From Candidatus Iainarchaeum sp. (lineage in GTDB: Archaea; Iainarchaeota; Iainarchaeia; Iainarchaeales; JACQJH01): 32,000 nucleotides of DNA. Shown here in pieces: positions 1 through 8,895 of the stretch. The number at the start of each line of letters is the position of its first letter. Position 1 is the stretch's first letter. The notes under the pieces were generated by a model, which saw only the letters and a program-made list of their open reading frames with translations, made no database searches and was not told where the DNA came from. The stretch is from contig JACQJH010000002.1 in assembly GCA_016205145.1 (NCBI GenBank), positions 240,001 to 272,000 on the forward strand, given 5' to 3'. Position numbers and translations under genes: made by a program.

Positions 1-1470
1 CAAGTTGATTTCCGCGTCAGGCGAAACCGACAAGCGCGCAAAATTCAATGCAGAGGGTCTGCCAATGGAAATGTTCACGGCCGAATGCAGCAAACCGTCT
101 TCTCCGGAAATGTTTGCCACGAAAGCCGTGAGGCCATCGGCTTCGCCTTCAGGAACCGGGTTCTCGCTTGTCCTCCTCAGGGGCGGAGCCATGATTTCGG
201 CAAGGCGCTTCATTCTCCACAAAATCACGTTTTTCTTGACTGTGTTGATGTAAAGTGCAGTGTCGTTTTCGACGCGCGGCGCAAAAACCGGCACAATCGT
301 GTCGACGGTTTTTTTGCCGCCGGCCATATAACTGTTGCTGTTCGCGATGAGCCTGAACCATGAATAAATGCCCTTGTCCCAGGTCGCATAACCGCAATAG
401 CCCCTGCAATTGAAAGAGCAGATTGCCGGGTTAATTCTGGAATTGTAGCGGATGTTGCCGATGCTGTGCGAACCATAAGACGAATTGCCGCACTGTGCAT
501 CGGGAGCGCCGCGGGCCCTGCCGACCCAATTCGGGTCGGTGCCATAATCGGACTCCCTCTCGAAAAACGCCAACGCTGCAGCGGCGTCAATGTTGTCAGC
601 TGGAATTGCAGGGTTTAAGTAGTTGCCCCATTTTATGAACGATGCGCCGGTTCCCTGCGCCGGAGAACCATTTTCTTTCAGAACCGAGTCGATGAATGTG
701 CTGGTAACGCACTGCTTGGGCGAACCGCTCATTTGAATCCGCAGTTCGCCTGACGCGCTTGTCTGGTCGACGACGCCGCAATCGCCGCCAAGCACTATGT
801 CGCCGGAAATGAAAACGTCGTTGATTGTAAGCCTGCCGGCCTTTATCTGCGAAGGATTTGTTTTTGAATTCGCGAAAAGCCGCAGGTAAAGCATGTACTC
901 AAAACCGGAAACAATCATCCAATTTTTCTCGCCGGCATCCCGGTAATAGCCGCCCTCGCCGCCATTCAATGCCGACCGCAGCTCAATCAGGTACATTGGC
1001 CCGAACGCTTCCTTTACTTCGGCTTTCCTGTCCTTTTCGCGGGGGTTAGCCAGATTGTATTGTTTGACGTCTTCAATCAGGCCGGCATTGACCAGGAAAT
1101 CCTTTATTTCATATTTTCCTGCGGAACCATTGCCAAGCCTGACAACAATGTGCTTTGACAGTTTTTTCGGCCGGGGCTGCTGGCCGGCAATGAGATCGTC
1201 AGACAGGAATTCAACAGCCAAATCGAAAGAGCCCCTCGTATCAGAATCGAAGCGGACATTTGAAACAATGATCTTGAACGGGATTTTCCTGTCGGCCTTG
1301 TCAAGCTTGAATTTCCAGACAATCTCGCTTGTGCCCCTTGCCCAGCCGTTGAAGGAAAACCTTCCGACAGGCTGTACCTGGTCCGTGCGGATGGAAAGCC
1401 TGGCGGAGGCAAAACCCGCGAACAATGACAGGAAAAGCACGAAAAAAACGAAAAGCGAAAATGCGCGCAT
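1..1470 (-). CDS. Secreted protein, partial (C-terminus lies beyond the left edge), with a lysozyme/glucosaminidase-like (peptidoglycan-hydrolase-like) region
   Basis: Absent from the ORF track because it has no stop in the window. Hand translation of the minus strand from ATG at 1470 gives 490 stop-free codons down to position 1. N-terminus MRAFSLFVFFVLFLSLFAGFASA looks like a signal peptide. The part encoded by ~220-600 reads AAALAFFERESDYGTDPNW...GSHSIGNIRY...YATWDKGIYSWFRLI...TVDTIVPVFAP..NDTALYINTV. From memory this resembles the ES catalytic helix / NxxGI / aromatic-rich layout of glucosaminidase-lysozyme domains. Not searched. Confidence 0.7.
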   Translation of the reverse strand, partial: MRAFSLFVFFVLFLSLFAGFASARLSIRTDQVQPVGRFSFNGWARGTSEIVWKFKLDKADRKIPFKIIVSNVRFDSDTRGSFDLAVEFLSDDLIAGQQPRPKKLSKHIVVRLGNGSAGKYEIKDFLVNAGLIEDVKQYNLANPREKDRKAEVKEAFGPMYLIELRSALNGGEGGYYRDAGEKNWMIVSGFEYMLYLRLFANSKTNPSQIKAGRLTINDVFISGDIVLGGDCGVVDQTSASGELRIQMSGSPKQCVTSTFIDSVLKENGSPAQGTGASFIKWGNYLNPAIPADNIDAAAALAFFERESDYGTDPNWVGRARGAPDAQCGNSSYGSHSIGNIRYNSRINPAICSFNCRGYCGYATWDKGIYSWFRLIANSNSYMAGGKKTVDTIVPVFAPRVENDTALYINTVKKNVILWRMKRLAEIMAPPLRRTSENPVPEGEADGLTAFVANISGEDGLLHSAVNISIGRPSALNFARLSVSPDAEINL

Positions 1471-1530
1471 AAAAAAAACAACAATAACACTTTTGGCGTT
1501 CGGAATATTTAAGCATTATCACGCGCGGAT

Positions 1531-2754
1531 TCAGCCGAAAGCCGAAGCGATTTTGCGAAGCGCCTGCGCAAAAATTTCAATTTCCTCGTTTGAATTGTAA
1601 AAGTAAAAACTTGCCCTCGCCAGGCCGTCCCTGTTGAATTTCGAGACAAGCGGCTCCGCGCAGTGCATTCCGCTCCGGATTGCGACATTCGCTGTTTCAT
1701 CCAATGACAATGCAACGTCATGGCAGTTCATTCCCGGAATGTCGAAAAGGACGATGCTGCCCTGCTTTTCAGCGTCCAGCGGGTTGAAGAATTTTATTCC
1801 CTTGATGCCTGAGAGCTTTTCAAACGCAAGCTTTGTCAGCTTTTTTCCATGCGCCCGGATGTTTTCCAGTCCTGCTTTGCGGATGTAATCGGCGGCCTCG
1901 CCGAAGCCGATGCCTTCCGCAATCGCGGGAGTGCCGGCCTCGAACTTGTATGGAAGCTTGTTCCACGTCGCGGAATGCTCCTGCACCGAAAAAATCATGT
2001 CGCCGCCGAAAAGGAACGGTTCCTGTTTTTCCAGCAGTTCCTTTTTCGCGTACAATGCTCCAACTCCGGTGGGACCGCACATTTTGTGCGAGGAAAAGGC
2101 GAGGAAATCGGCGTTGATTTTTTTCACGTCGACCGGCATGTGGGGCACGGATTGCGCGGCGTCAACCAAAAACAATGCGTTTGCGTCATGGCACACTTTT
2201 CCCATTTCCCTGACCGGATTGATTGTCGCGACCGTGTTTGATGCATGCGTCACGGAAACCAGCCTCGTGCGCGCGGACATTTTTTCCTGCAAATCAGCCA
2301 TATCGATTTCAAAATTTCCGGTGAGCTTCGCTATTTTCAATTTGATCCCGTGCTTTCTTTCAAGGAACTGCCACGGCACGATGTTGCTGTGGTGCTCCAT
2401 TCCCGAAATGACGATTTCGTCGCCCTGCCGGAAATAGCCGCTGTTCAAAAGCGAATACATCACAAGGTTCATGGACTCGGTTGCATTGCGCGTGAAAACT
2501 ATTTCGCCGGGCTTCGCATTGACGAGCCTTTCGACTTTCGAATGCGCTTCCCCGTACAGGCGCGATGATTCCCCGCTCAGATGGTGCACTCCGCGGTGGA
2601 TGTTCGCGGTGCAGTCCTCGTAATAATGGCGCATGGCCTCAAGTACCGGCCTCGGCTTGAGGGAAGTGGCTGCATTGTCAAAATAGATTATTTGTTTGCC
2701 GTTCACGCTTTTTTCAAGCAGGGGAAAATCTTTGGCGAGGGCTTCCAACGACAT
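1531..2754 (-). CDS. sufS: Cysteine desulfurase, SufS/CsdA type (class V PLP aminotransferase)
   Basis: ORF 1531..2763. Motifs HHSNIVPWQ, SSHKMCGPTGVGALY (PLP lysine) and RSGMHCAEP (catalytic Cys) are typical of group II cysteine desulfurases. The track start is TTG at 2763. The first ATG (MSLEALAKDFPLL) at 2754 is the more likely start. Confidence 0.9.
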   Translation of the reverse strand: MSLEALAKDFPLLEKSVNGKQIIYFDNAATSLKPRPVLEAMRHYYEDCTANIHRGVHHLSGESSRLYGEAHSKVERLVNAKPGEIVFTRNATESMNLVMYSLLNSGYFRQGDEIVISGMEHHSNIVPWQFLERKHGIKLKIAKLTGNFEIDMADLQEKMSARTRLVSVTHASNTVATINPVREMGKVCHDANALFLVDAAQSVPHMPVDVKKINADFLAFSSHKMCGPTGVGALYAKKELLEKQEPFLFGGDMIFSVQEHSATWNKLPYKFEAGTPAIAEGIGFGEAADYIRKAGLENIRAHGKKLTKLAFEKLSGIKGIKFFNPLDAEKQGSIVLFDIPGMNCHDVALSLDETANVAIRSGMHCAEPLVSKFNRDGLARASFYFYNSNEEIEIFAQALRKIASAFG

Positions 2755-2805
2755 GCAAACCAAAGAAAAGTTGTAAGAAAAAGAATTTATAATTAGGGCG
2801 CCGGT

Positions 2806-5475
2806 TCAGCCCGGCTCGAAAACGCTGTCCTTGAACTTTTTGTCGATTTTTGCAAGGCAGTGCGGAACGTTCTTGCAGTCTTCCTCGCCGAACGTGACGG
2901 TGACAGATGCCATGTCAGTCCTCGGGCTCCCGTCGCTTGTGCTGCCGAACTGGCACGCAACGAACTTGTGCTGTTCATTGAGGCCCATTTCGGAAACAGG
3001 CCTGCCGTCAATGGAAAACACGGGCCAGAAATAAGCCGCAGTCCTGTTGCCGAGCGAAAATTCCGACAACCCTTCCCTTGAAAAAATCTGGGTCTTGCCG
3101 GTTGAAACCGCGCCGTTGTCGCCGGAAACTACAAATGATGCGTTCGAGAAAGTTATGGATTGCGTGGCAAACACTTCAACCTGCACCACTTCAGCTTCGG
3201 AGGAACTCGGAGTGGTTGCCGACGGAACCTGCTGCGTTGAACCTGCGGATGTGCCGGTTCCGCCGCCAACAATGCTTGCCTGCTGAGGCGCCTGGTTCCA
3301 GCCCTGCCTGACTCCCTGCACAAAAGACGAAACCGCGTTGACCGCACCGATTACAACGCCTTTGACTGCCGAGCCAAGCCATGCGCCAAATCTTCCGGTC
3401 GCCCTGCCGGCCGAGCCTGCGACATTTGAAACCGTGACATCCTGCTGCAGTCCTGCAACCAAAACCTTGGCCGGGCCGATGGCAACAGTGAATTTGGAAA
3501 CGCCGCCAAGCAATGCCTCACTGTAAGCCGGGCCTGCCAATGGCGCGGCATTCGCGGTCGCAAGAATGCCGGTGTCGGCGCCCGCCGCCGCAAAGTCCTT
3601 TTTCACGTTGTCCGCTTCATCGCCTGAAACGGTTTCAGTGAACAGATTAGGGTCCAGCCCGGTGTTCGAGGCATCGGGTTTCTTTTTCACAGTATCGTTG
3701 TTTTTCGCGTCAATCAAATACCTTGCAACCGCGGCCGGATTCTTGTAGTAATACGTGACATACTTGTAATCCACGCTGTCCGTCTTCTGCTCAGATGTTT
3801 TTATCTGGTCGATTTTTTTCTGCCCGTTCTCCTCGTAAGCCGATCCGTCTGCAAGGGCGCCGGAAACGTCTGCCGGGTGCGCATAGGAAATGGGCGTTTT
3901 TTTGTCGCCGGCAATTCTCAAAACCTGCCTGGGATAAACCGCGGTTATTTCATAAGCCGCATTTGCCGGGACGGCCGCGCCGCTTCCGCCAGCGCCCGTG
4001 CCTTCAGCTGTGCCGCCGGCGCTTGACGGCTCAACGCTTGAAATGTAGTCCTCGCGGATTTTCGAGCGGATGTCCGAGCAAATCTTCGTGGAATCCGCGG
4101 TTGCGTCGGCAACAGACAAATAAAGCTCCTTGTCGGTGTCGGCGCCGTCCAATTTCAAAAAGAATGGTGCAAGCGTTTCAAGCCTCGCATCCTTCCACTC
4201 CTTTGTGCCGGCAAGATTTCTTGCCCCGACCTTGAAGGAGTCCCCTGACTGGACTATGATCTGGTCAAAAACCAGGTTGCCGTTAAGCTGTGTCGGATAC
4301 TCTATCGTGCCTTCGGGGGTAAGCCTGAACGTCACAAAGCCCCATGGGTCGGCGTCATCATCCGACGGTATTACACTGCAATTGCTTGAACTCCACTTTG
4401 TTCCGGCACCGATTTTGCCTGCATCCATGCCAACACAATAAGTGTAAATGCCGGGCTGAGGCGCCTGAACGCTTGACATCCCATCGAAAATATTGCGGAT
4501 GTTCGCAGAACAGCCGTGCGTCACTGCAGTGCCATTTTTCAGGCCGGTTTCAATTTTGCCCCACAGCATCTGCTTCCAGTCGTTCGGCCCGAGATTCAGG
4601 AAAAAGCCCTCGCTTGCAATGACCGGCCTGGAAACGCCGTTGTCCGTCAAAACCCTTGCATCGGCATAGCCCTGGTAATCGTCCTTTATTATGTCCTGCT
4701 CGGAATCCGGCGTGAAAATCTTGTTCGCCCTTTCATCCTCCCTGAAGCAGGTGCTGCCGTCAATGCTGGGCTGGGCGGCGCGCCACAAAAAGATTTTTGC
4801 CGGAAGCTTTGCCTTTACCTCGCTTTCAAAGCCCGTTGAAGGCCTGACGGCAAAGGCAATCGTCCGCTGGTCCGCGCGCTTTGTCGCCCTGACGTCAATG
4901 ACATTGTGCCCAAACGGGGCGCCGGCGGCATCCCTCAATTCCGGGTCGAACTTTCCGGTAAAAACGCCCGGCGAAAACGCCCTCTTGCCTCCCGAACTAA
5001 CATCACAATAGCATACATCCGTTCCGGAGCAGGCCCAGCCGTAAGCCTTTTTCTCTTCCTTGCCCCAGACAACATTCCAGTTTTCGCCCGGCGAAGAGGA
5101 AGCGCATTTTGCATCCGTGCCCGAACCGTTCCAGGCACCGCATTGGCCGGAACAGGTCAGTTTTGGCGCGGGCGCAACCGAACGCGAAGAAGAACCGGAA
5201 GACCTTGAACCGCCGCGCTTTGTAACAGTCCTGGCAGAGCCGGAAGAATCAGGCTTCGGCGCAGGAGCCACGGCAGGAGAAGCCCCAGCAACGGTAAAAG
5301 CGGTGGGCGTTATATTCACTATTTGAACAGGGGCGGGGGGAGTTGTAGCACGCGGGATTGCGGATGGAGCCGGCGGTGCCTGTCCTTGGACAAAAATGAA
5401 AACCGCGGAAAATGCTGCGAGCGCAAGCAAAAGCGCCAAAAAGTGTTTTCGATTGAAGCCGGACAAACGCGACAT
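2806..5475 (-). CDS. Large secreted protein (889 aa), no family recognised
   Basis: Long ORF with an N-terminal hydrophobic signal/anchor (HFLALLLALAAFSAVFIFVQG), P/A/S-rich spacers and a Cys-rich stretch (CSGQCGAWNGSGTDAKC...CSGTDVCYC). An amphipathic Gly-rich hydrophobic segment (GRFGAWLGSAVKGVVIGAVNAV) follows. After an S/T/G linker, the C-terminal module (AAYFWPVF...FVACQFGSTSDGS) resembles the C-termini of the three L proteins upstream. Confidence 0.8.
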   Translation of the reverse strand: MSRLSGFNRKHFLALLLALAAFSAVFIFVQGQAPPAPSAIPRATTPPAPVQIVNITPTAFTVAGASPAVAPAPKPDSSGSARTVTKRGGSRSSGSSSRSVAPAPKLTCSGQCGAWNGSGTDAKCASSSPGENWNVVWGKEEKKAYGWACSGTDVCYCDVSSGGKRAFSPGVFTGKFDPELRDAAGAPFGHNVIDVRATKRADQRTIAFAVRPSTGFESEVKAKLPAKIFLWRAAQPSIDGSTCFREDERANKIFTPDSEQDIIKDDYQGYADARVLTDNGVSRPVIASEGFFLNLGPNDWKQMLWGKIETGLKNGTAVTHGCSANIRNIFDGMSSVQAPQPGIYTYCVGMDAGKIGAGTKWSSSNCSVIPSDDDADPWGFVTFRLTPEGTIEYPTQLNGNLVFDQIIVQSGDSFKVGARNLAGTKEWKDARLETLAPFFLKLDGADTDKELYLSVADATADSTKICSDIRSKIREDYISSVEPSSAGGTAEGTGAGGSGAAVPANAAYEITAVYPRQVLRIAGDKKTPISYAHPADVSGALADGSAYEENGQKKIDQIKTSEQKTDSVDYKYVTYYYKNPAAVARYLIDAKNNDTVKKKPDASNTGLDPNLFTETVSGDEADNVKKDFAAAGADTGILATANAAPLAGPAYSEALLGGVSKFTVAIGPAKVLVAGLQQDVTVSNVAGSAGRATGRFGAWLGSAVKGVVIGAVNAVSSFVQGVRQGWNQAPQQASIVGGGTGTSAGSTQQVPSATTPSSSEAEVVQVEVFATQSITFSNASFVVSGDNGAVSTGKTQIFSREGLSEFSLGNRTAAYFWPVFSIDGRPVSEMGLNEQHKFVACQFGSTSDGSPRTDMASVTVTFGEEDCKNVPHCLAKIDKKFKDSVFEPG

Positions 5476-5565
5476 TCCAACGCACTCCGCAAAAACCTTT
5501 CCACACCAAAGCCGATAAAAACCAAATTAACTGATTAATGCAATAAGACTATTAGCGATTTTCTG

Positions 5566-5573
5566 TATAAAAA
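5566..5573 (-). promoter_or_regulatory. Candidate archaeal TATA box (minus strand cATTTTTATAc) upstream of the 889 aa gene
   Basis: The reverse complement of 5561-5578 is aaacATTTTTATAcagaa. It lies in the 113 nt gap between 5589 and 5475. The same 9-mer ATTTTTATA recurs at 7389-7396 and 11474-11481. It sits 91 nt upstream of the ATG, implying a long leader. Confidence 0.35.
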
Positions 5574-5588
5574 TGTTTTCCCTGCAAA

Positions 5589-6758
5589 TCAAATCCATCC
5601 CGAAGACTTACCCTGGCATGATCCTGAAGTGCCGGACTTTGTGCACTCAAATGATACCCAGAACCCGCCACCGCCATCATATAATGTCTCCAACTCGAAA
5701 TAGCCGGTCCACGCCCTCGCACTGTAATACCTCCAAAAATATCCTTTAGGAAGCCCCGACGCAGTATACCGTGCAACAACCCCGCCTTGAAGCTCCGGCG
5801 TAAGACTGCCCGGATACTCGGCAACCTTGGTCCGCGCACGGGTTCCATTGGAATTCTGCACCAAAAAAAGCGTTGCCGACGTGATTGTTTTGCCCGGCGC
5901 CTCCAGGGAAGGCAAGAGAACCAGGAAAGAATTCGCGGGCGGCGCAGAAGGGGCAGGACCCGGCGAAGGAGAAGGGCCCGGAGCAGGACCGGGGGAAGGC
6001 GCTGGCGCGGTTCCGCCAAGACCGGCATCAACCATTGCTTTGGCCGCGCCGTCTTTGGTCCCATACCGGACATATTCAATGTTTGCAATCAAGGTTTCGC
6101 CAAGACCGGCAGTGCCGGCACGGTAATTTGCAGCCAAGATCCGAACGGTCAGGACAATGGTGTCATTCGGATAATCGGGGCTTATGAAACTGAAAGGCGC
6201 TGAACGCGTTGTCTGGACATATTTTGGGCCAGCACTGGTTGGATACGGAATCCTGCCGGTAACAGGGTCCATCTGCGCTTTCAACCGGCTTGCAATGACA
6301 CCCACATCATCGCCCATTTCAAGCCAGGCGAACCGTTCCATTGGCGCGTTAGAACCGGAAAGCGTTGGTGCAGGCGCCTGCTTGAAAGTAGTCAGTATGC
6401 GCGGGTCGCGGTAATGCGTGTCCAATCCCAAGTCGAAGCCTTTGACATTCACTTTCGGCGTCCAAGTCCCGTAAACGCCAATATCAATGCCGCCCTTTCC
6501 GCCATCGGGATGAGAACCAAGACAAAATGACAGGTAAAGCTCGCCATCATTGGCCTGGGGGGCGCCCCTATAGCGGTCGGCGCATCCGGGAAGTATTCCT
6601 GCAACCACGATTTGGCTTCGTTTGATTTCAGTTGTTTGGGCAAATGCGGCGGAAGCGAACAAAACAGTGGCGAAAACCAAAACCGCAATCTTTTTTGTTT
6701 GCCCGGCCATTCCACACACTTTGAAATTATTGTTGCTTGTTGTTTTATGCGTTTTCAT
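5589..6758 (-). CDS. Secreted protein L3 (389 aa), third copy of the L family (shares only the linker and C-terminal module)
   Basis: Signal peptide MAGQTKKIAVLVFATVLFASAAFAQT if translation starts at the ATG at 6710. The ATG at 6758 would overlap the upstream gene by 14 nt. Pro-rich linker APAPSPGPAPGPSPSPGPAPSAPP, then a C-terminal module PANSFLVLLPS...GYFWRYY...GFWVSFECTKSGTSGSCQ that aligns with L1 and L2. Confidence 0.8.
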   Translation of the reverse strand: MKTHKTTSNNNFKVCGMAGQTKKIAVLVFATVLFASAAFAQTTEIKRSQIVVAGILPGCADRYRGAPQANDGELYLSFCLGSHPDGGKGGIDIGVYGTWTPKVNVKGFDLGLDTHYRDPRILTTFKQAPAPTLSGSNAPMERFAWLEMGDDVGVIASRLKAQMDPVTGRIPYPTSAGPKYVQTTRSAPFSFISPDYPNDTIVLTVRILAANYRAGTAGLGETLIANIEYVRYGTKDGAAKAMVDAGLGGTAPAPSPGPAPGPSPSPGPAPSAPPANSFLVLLPSLEAPGKTITSATLFLVQNSNGTRARTKVAEYPGSLTPELQGGVVARYTASGLPKGYFWRYYSARAWTGYFELETLYDGGGGFWVSFECTKSGTSGSCQGKSSGWI

Positions 6759-7353
6759 CCGCGCACAATTCCTTCAAATCCGCGGCGTTTGCATGCACGA
6801 CAATGAAAGAATCCTCCGCATTTTCAACCAGGACAAAATCCGCGCCGAAAACCGTTTTTTTCGCCTCATCCGGAAACGACTTGTTGAATTCCGAAATTTT
6901 TTCCGAAAAGGTTTCGGCTTTGTCCAAAAAAACCGCGAACGCCAAGTCAAGTTCCACGAAATCCGAAAGCCTTCCGCAGGCGGAAACATCTTCCGGCTTT
7001 GAATCCATGAAAGCCTTCAGCACAGCCGCCTTTGCGCGCGCATCCTTTTTGGTTTCAAGATAGTCAACAAGCAGAAGGTTTAATTCCTTGAACTGCGCAA
7101 AGCCATTGCTGTTGCCGCTGGCCGCGGAAAGCTCGGCCCTCAAACCCGAAAACCGGTCGGGCAAAATGTTTTCCGCGGCTTCCGGCCCGGCCGGCGAAAC
7201 CTTTCCAATGTCAACGCCGTATTTGAGCCAGACGCCCTTGATTGCGTTGTAATCGCTTCCGGCATTCTGCACGAAAAAGACTGCAAGCAGGGCAAGCGCA
7301 ATCACAAGCAAAATTCCGGCCAAGAATATTTTGCGCAAGACAAAAACCTCCAA
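6745..7353 (-). CDS. Small signal-anchored protein S3 (202 aa), member of the S family
   Basis: One N-terminal TM helix (IFLAGILLVIALALLAVFFV). It aligns by eye with S1 and S2 at LRAELSAASGNSNGF, ACGRLSDFVELDLAFAVFLDKAETFSEKISEFNKSFP and C-terminal LKELCADEN. Both Cys positions are conserved. Confidence 0.8.
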   Translation of the reverse strand: MEVFVLRKIFLAGILLVIALALLAVFFVQNAGSDYNAIKGVWLKYGVDIGKVSPAGPEAAENILPDRFSGLRAELSAASGNSNGFAQFKELNLLLVDYLETKKDARAKAAVLKAFMDSKPEDVSACGRLSDFVELDLAFAVFLDKAETFSEKISEFNKSFPDEAKKTVFGADFVLVENAEDSFIVVHANAADLKELCADENA

Positions 7354-7388
7354 ACAAAATGCCAGTAAAAACTATTATTGAATTCCAA

Positions 7389-7396
7389 TATAAAAA
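7389..7396 (-). promoter_or_regulatory. Candidate archaeal TATA box (minus strand gATTTTTATAt) upstream of S3
   Basis: The reverse complement of 7385-7400 is cagATTTTTATAttgg. It lies in the 72 nt gap between L2 (ends 7426) and S3 (starts 7353), 36 nt upstream of the S3 ATG. Confidence 0.4.
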
Positions 7397-7425
7397 TCTG
7401 CCTTGAACGCCGGAAACGCCAAACA

Positions 7426-8895
7426 TCATTTTGCCGTGCCCGGCTTTGGCGAAGGCAGGCAGTCGCCGACCGGATTGCAGCCGCCGCGCTCGTTGCCGGA
7501 TGAAAAGCATTCGAAACTGCAGGCATAGCCTGAACCATCATCAAAAGTCGTGGCGACCGAAAATACTCCGGTGGACATTTCAGCGAGGTAATAGCGCCAA
7601 AAAATGCTCGTAACTTTTTTGTCGCGCTGCCTGTAGACGCCGCCGGCGGTGTCAAGCAGGCGCTCTGTGAGGCTTGAAAAATTCACAAGGCTTTCGCCCT
7701 GTTTTTTAAAAACCGCGACCGGCTCGACAATCGTCCTTCCTTGAGGTTCCGGAACAGGGAGGTAAATCAAAAAATTGGCCGGCACGGACGGGTGCCTTGT
7801 TGCTGCACCGCCGGCAGGCGGAGTCGTGGAAGAACCTCCAGATGGTGCCGGCGCAGTTCCGCCGCCGGGGGGAGCAGGCGCGGGAGCAGGCGTAGTGCCG
7901 CCATTGTTTTTCTCCGCTTCTTTCATTTCATCAAGAATCTTTTTCGCTTCAGCCGCTGCTTCGGGGGAAACTTCGCCGCAAGGCCATTGCCCTAAAAAAC
8001 TCGTTTTTGGGTCTATTTCAAGGTCGTCAAAGCTTATGCGCCCTGCCTTTCCCCTGCTCAGGTAAAGGTCCAATGTGACAATGCCATTGTACCTTGACTT
8101 GAACTTCAAAACATGGCTCTCATCGGCTTTTATGTTAACATTCCCCAGGCTGCCGCGTGAAACTATCGTGAAATTTATTTTGTTGCTTCCGGGAGTTTCA
8201 GGCAGCAATGTGGCATCATCCTTCCAAGACCTGCCGTCCGACTGCCTTGCTTCTGTGACAACGATTGTGGCGCTTCCGGAAGCGCCTTGCCTTGGAATGT
8301 TAAGGGTTCCTTTTTGGGTATGAATCCGGTAAATTGAGCTTATGCCCACAACGCTTGTTCCGCCGCCTGAAACGCCCGGGCACAAAACCAGATAGTCTTT
8401 TGTGTGAAGCACCGGCGCAGGCGTCGAACCCGTGGCGCCGACCGCGCGCAATCCAAGGTAAGCAAAAAAAGCATACACTCCGCCAACTGCGGTTATGCCT
8501 GCAAGTTTTACGCCAACAGGGATAAGCTTAGCCTTCCAAAGAAGCCTTATTGGTGCCCAGAACCATCGGGCCGTGCCGGCTATTGCCCTGCCTGCAAACC
8601 CTAAAGCTCCGCCCGCGGCTGTTTTGGCGGCAGCGCCCGCGCCGGCCGCGGTAACGCTGGCCGCTGGAAGCGCCCACCACAAAACCAATGCCAAAACAAT
8701 TGTCCCGATTATTCCGACGGTCCAGTTCCTGCCGGAATAATTCCTGATCCAGCCTTTCACGTTTTTCACGGTGTTCGGGCTTGAACCCTGCGTGTCGCCT
8801 TCAACGGTCGCAAAGGCGAAGTCCGCGGACAAAAGAATGAAAATCACGAACAGGCAGTAGAAAAAAGCCCTGCAAAAAAATTTTTTTGCTGCCAT
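7426..8895 (-). CDS. Secreted/membrane protein L2 (489 aa), L family
   Basis: Signal peptide ending FAFA-T, then a VKGW motif and a long Gly/Ala-rich hydrophobic region. The extracellular domain aligns with L1 at LCPG, YRI, NFTI, LKF, NGIVTL, ISFDDL and WPC. A P/G/A/T linker follows. C-terminal module PANFLIYLPVP...IFWRYY...YACSFECFSSGNERGGC. Its ATG directly abuts the S2 stop (TGAATG). Confidence 0.85.
   Translation of the reverse strand: MAAKKFFCRAFFYCLFVIFILLSADFAFATVEGDTQGSSPNTVKNVKGWIRNYSGRNWTVGIIGTIVLALVLWWALPAASVTAAGAGAAAKTAAGGALGFAGRAIAGTARWFWAPIRLLWKAKLIPVGVKLAGITAVGGVYAFFAYLGLRAVGATGSTPAPVLHTKDYLVLCPGVSGGGTSVVGISSIYRIHTQKGTLNIPRQGASGSATIVVTEARQSDGRSWKDDATLLPETPGSNKINFTIVSRGSLGNVNIKADESHVLKFKSRYNGIVTLDLYLSRGKAGRISFDDLEIDPKTSFLGQWPCGEVSPEAAAEAKKILDEMKEAEKNNGGTTPAPAPAPPGGGTAPAPSGGSSTTPPAGGAATRHPSVPANFLIYLPVPEPQGRTIVEPVAVFKKQGESLVNFSSLTERLLDTAGGVYRQRDKKVTSIFWRYYLAEMSTGVFSVATTFDDGSGYACSFECFSSGNERGGCNPVGDCLPSPKPGTAK

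Noticed and set aside
1055-1600. + strand 181 aa ORF, and minus ORFs 1104..1490 and 1301..1522
   Set aside because: They overlap the 490-codon open-ended minus-strand frame that has a signal peptide and enzyme-like motifs. One also bridges into the sufS 3' end.
1531-2763. sufS as a functional part of the surface-protein locus
   Set aside because: It is co-directional and only 42 nt from the 889 aa gene. However, cysteine desulfurase is a housekeeping Fe-S/thiolation enzyme, and no sufBCD/sufE/sufU partners are present to interpret. The adjacency is probably incidental.
5552-6203. ORFs 5552..6088 (minus), 5787..6203, 5827..6126 and 5885..6187 (+)
   Set aside because: These are alternate-frame or antisense readings across the GC-rich Pro-linker region of L3. 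Their Arg/Gly/Pro-rich composition is an artefact of the repeat.
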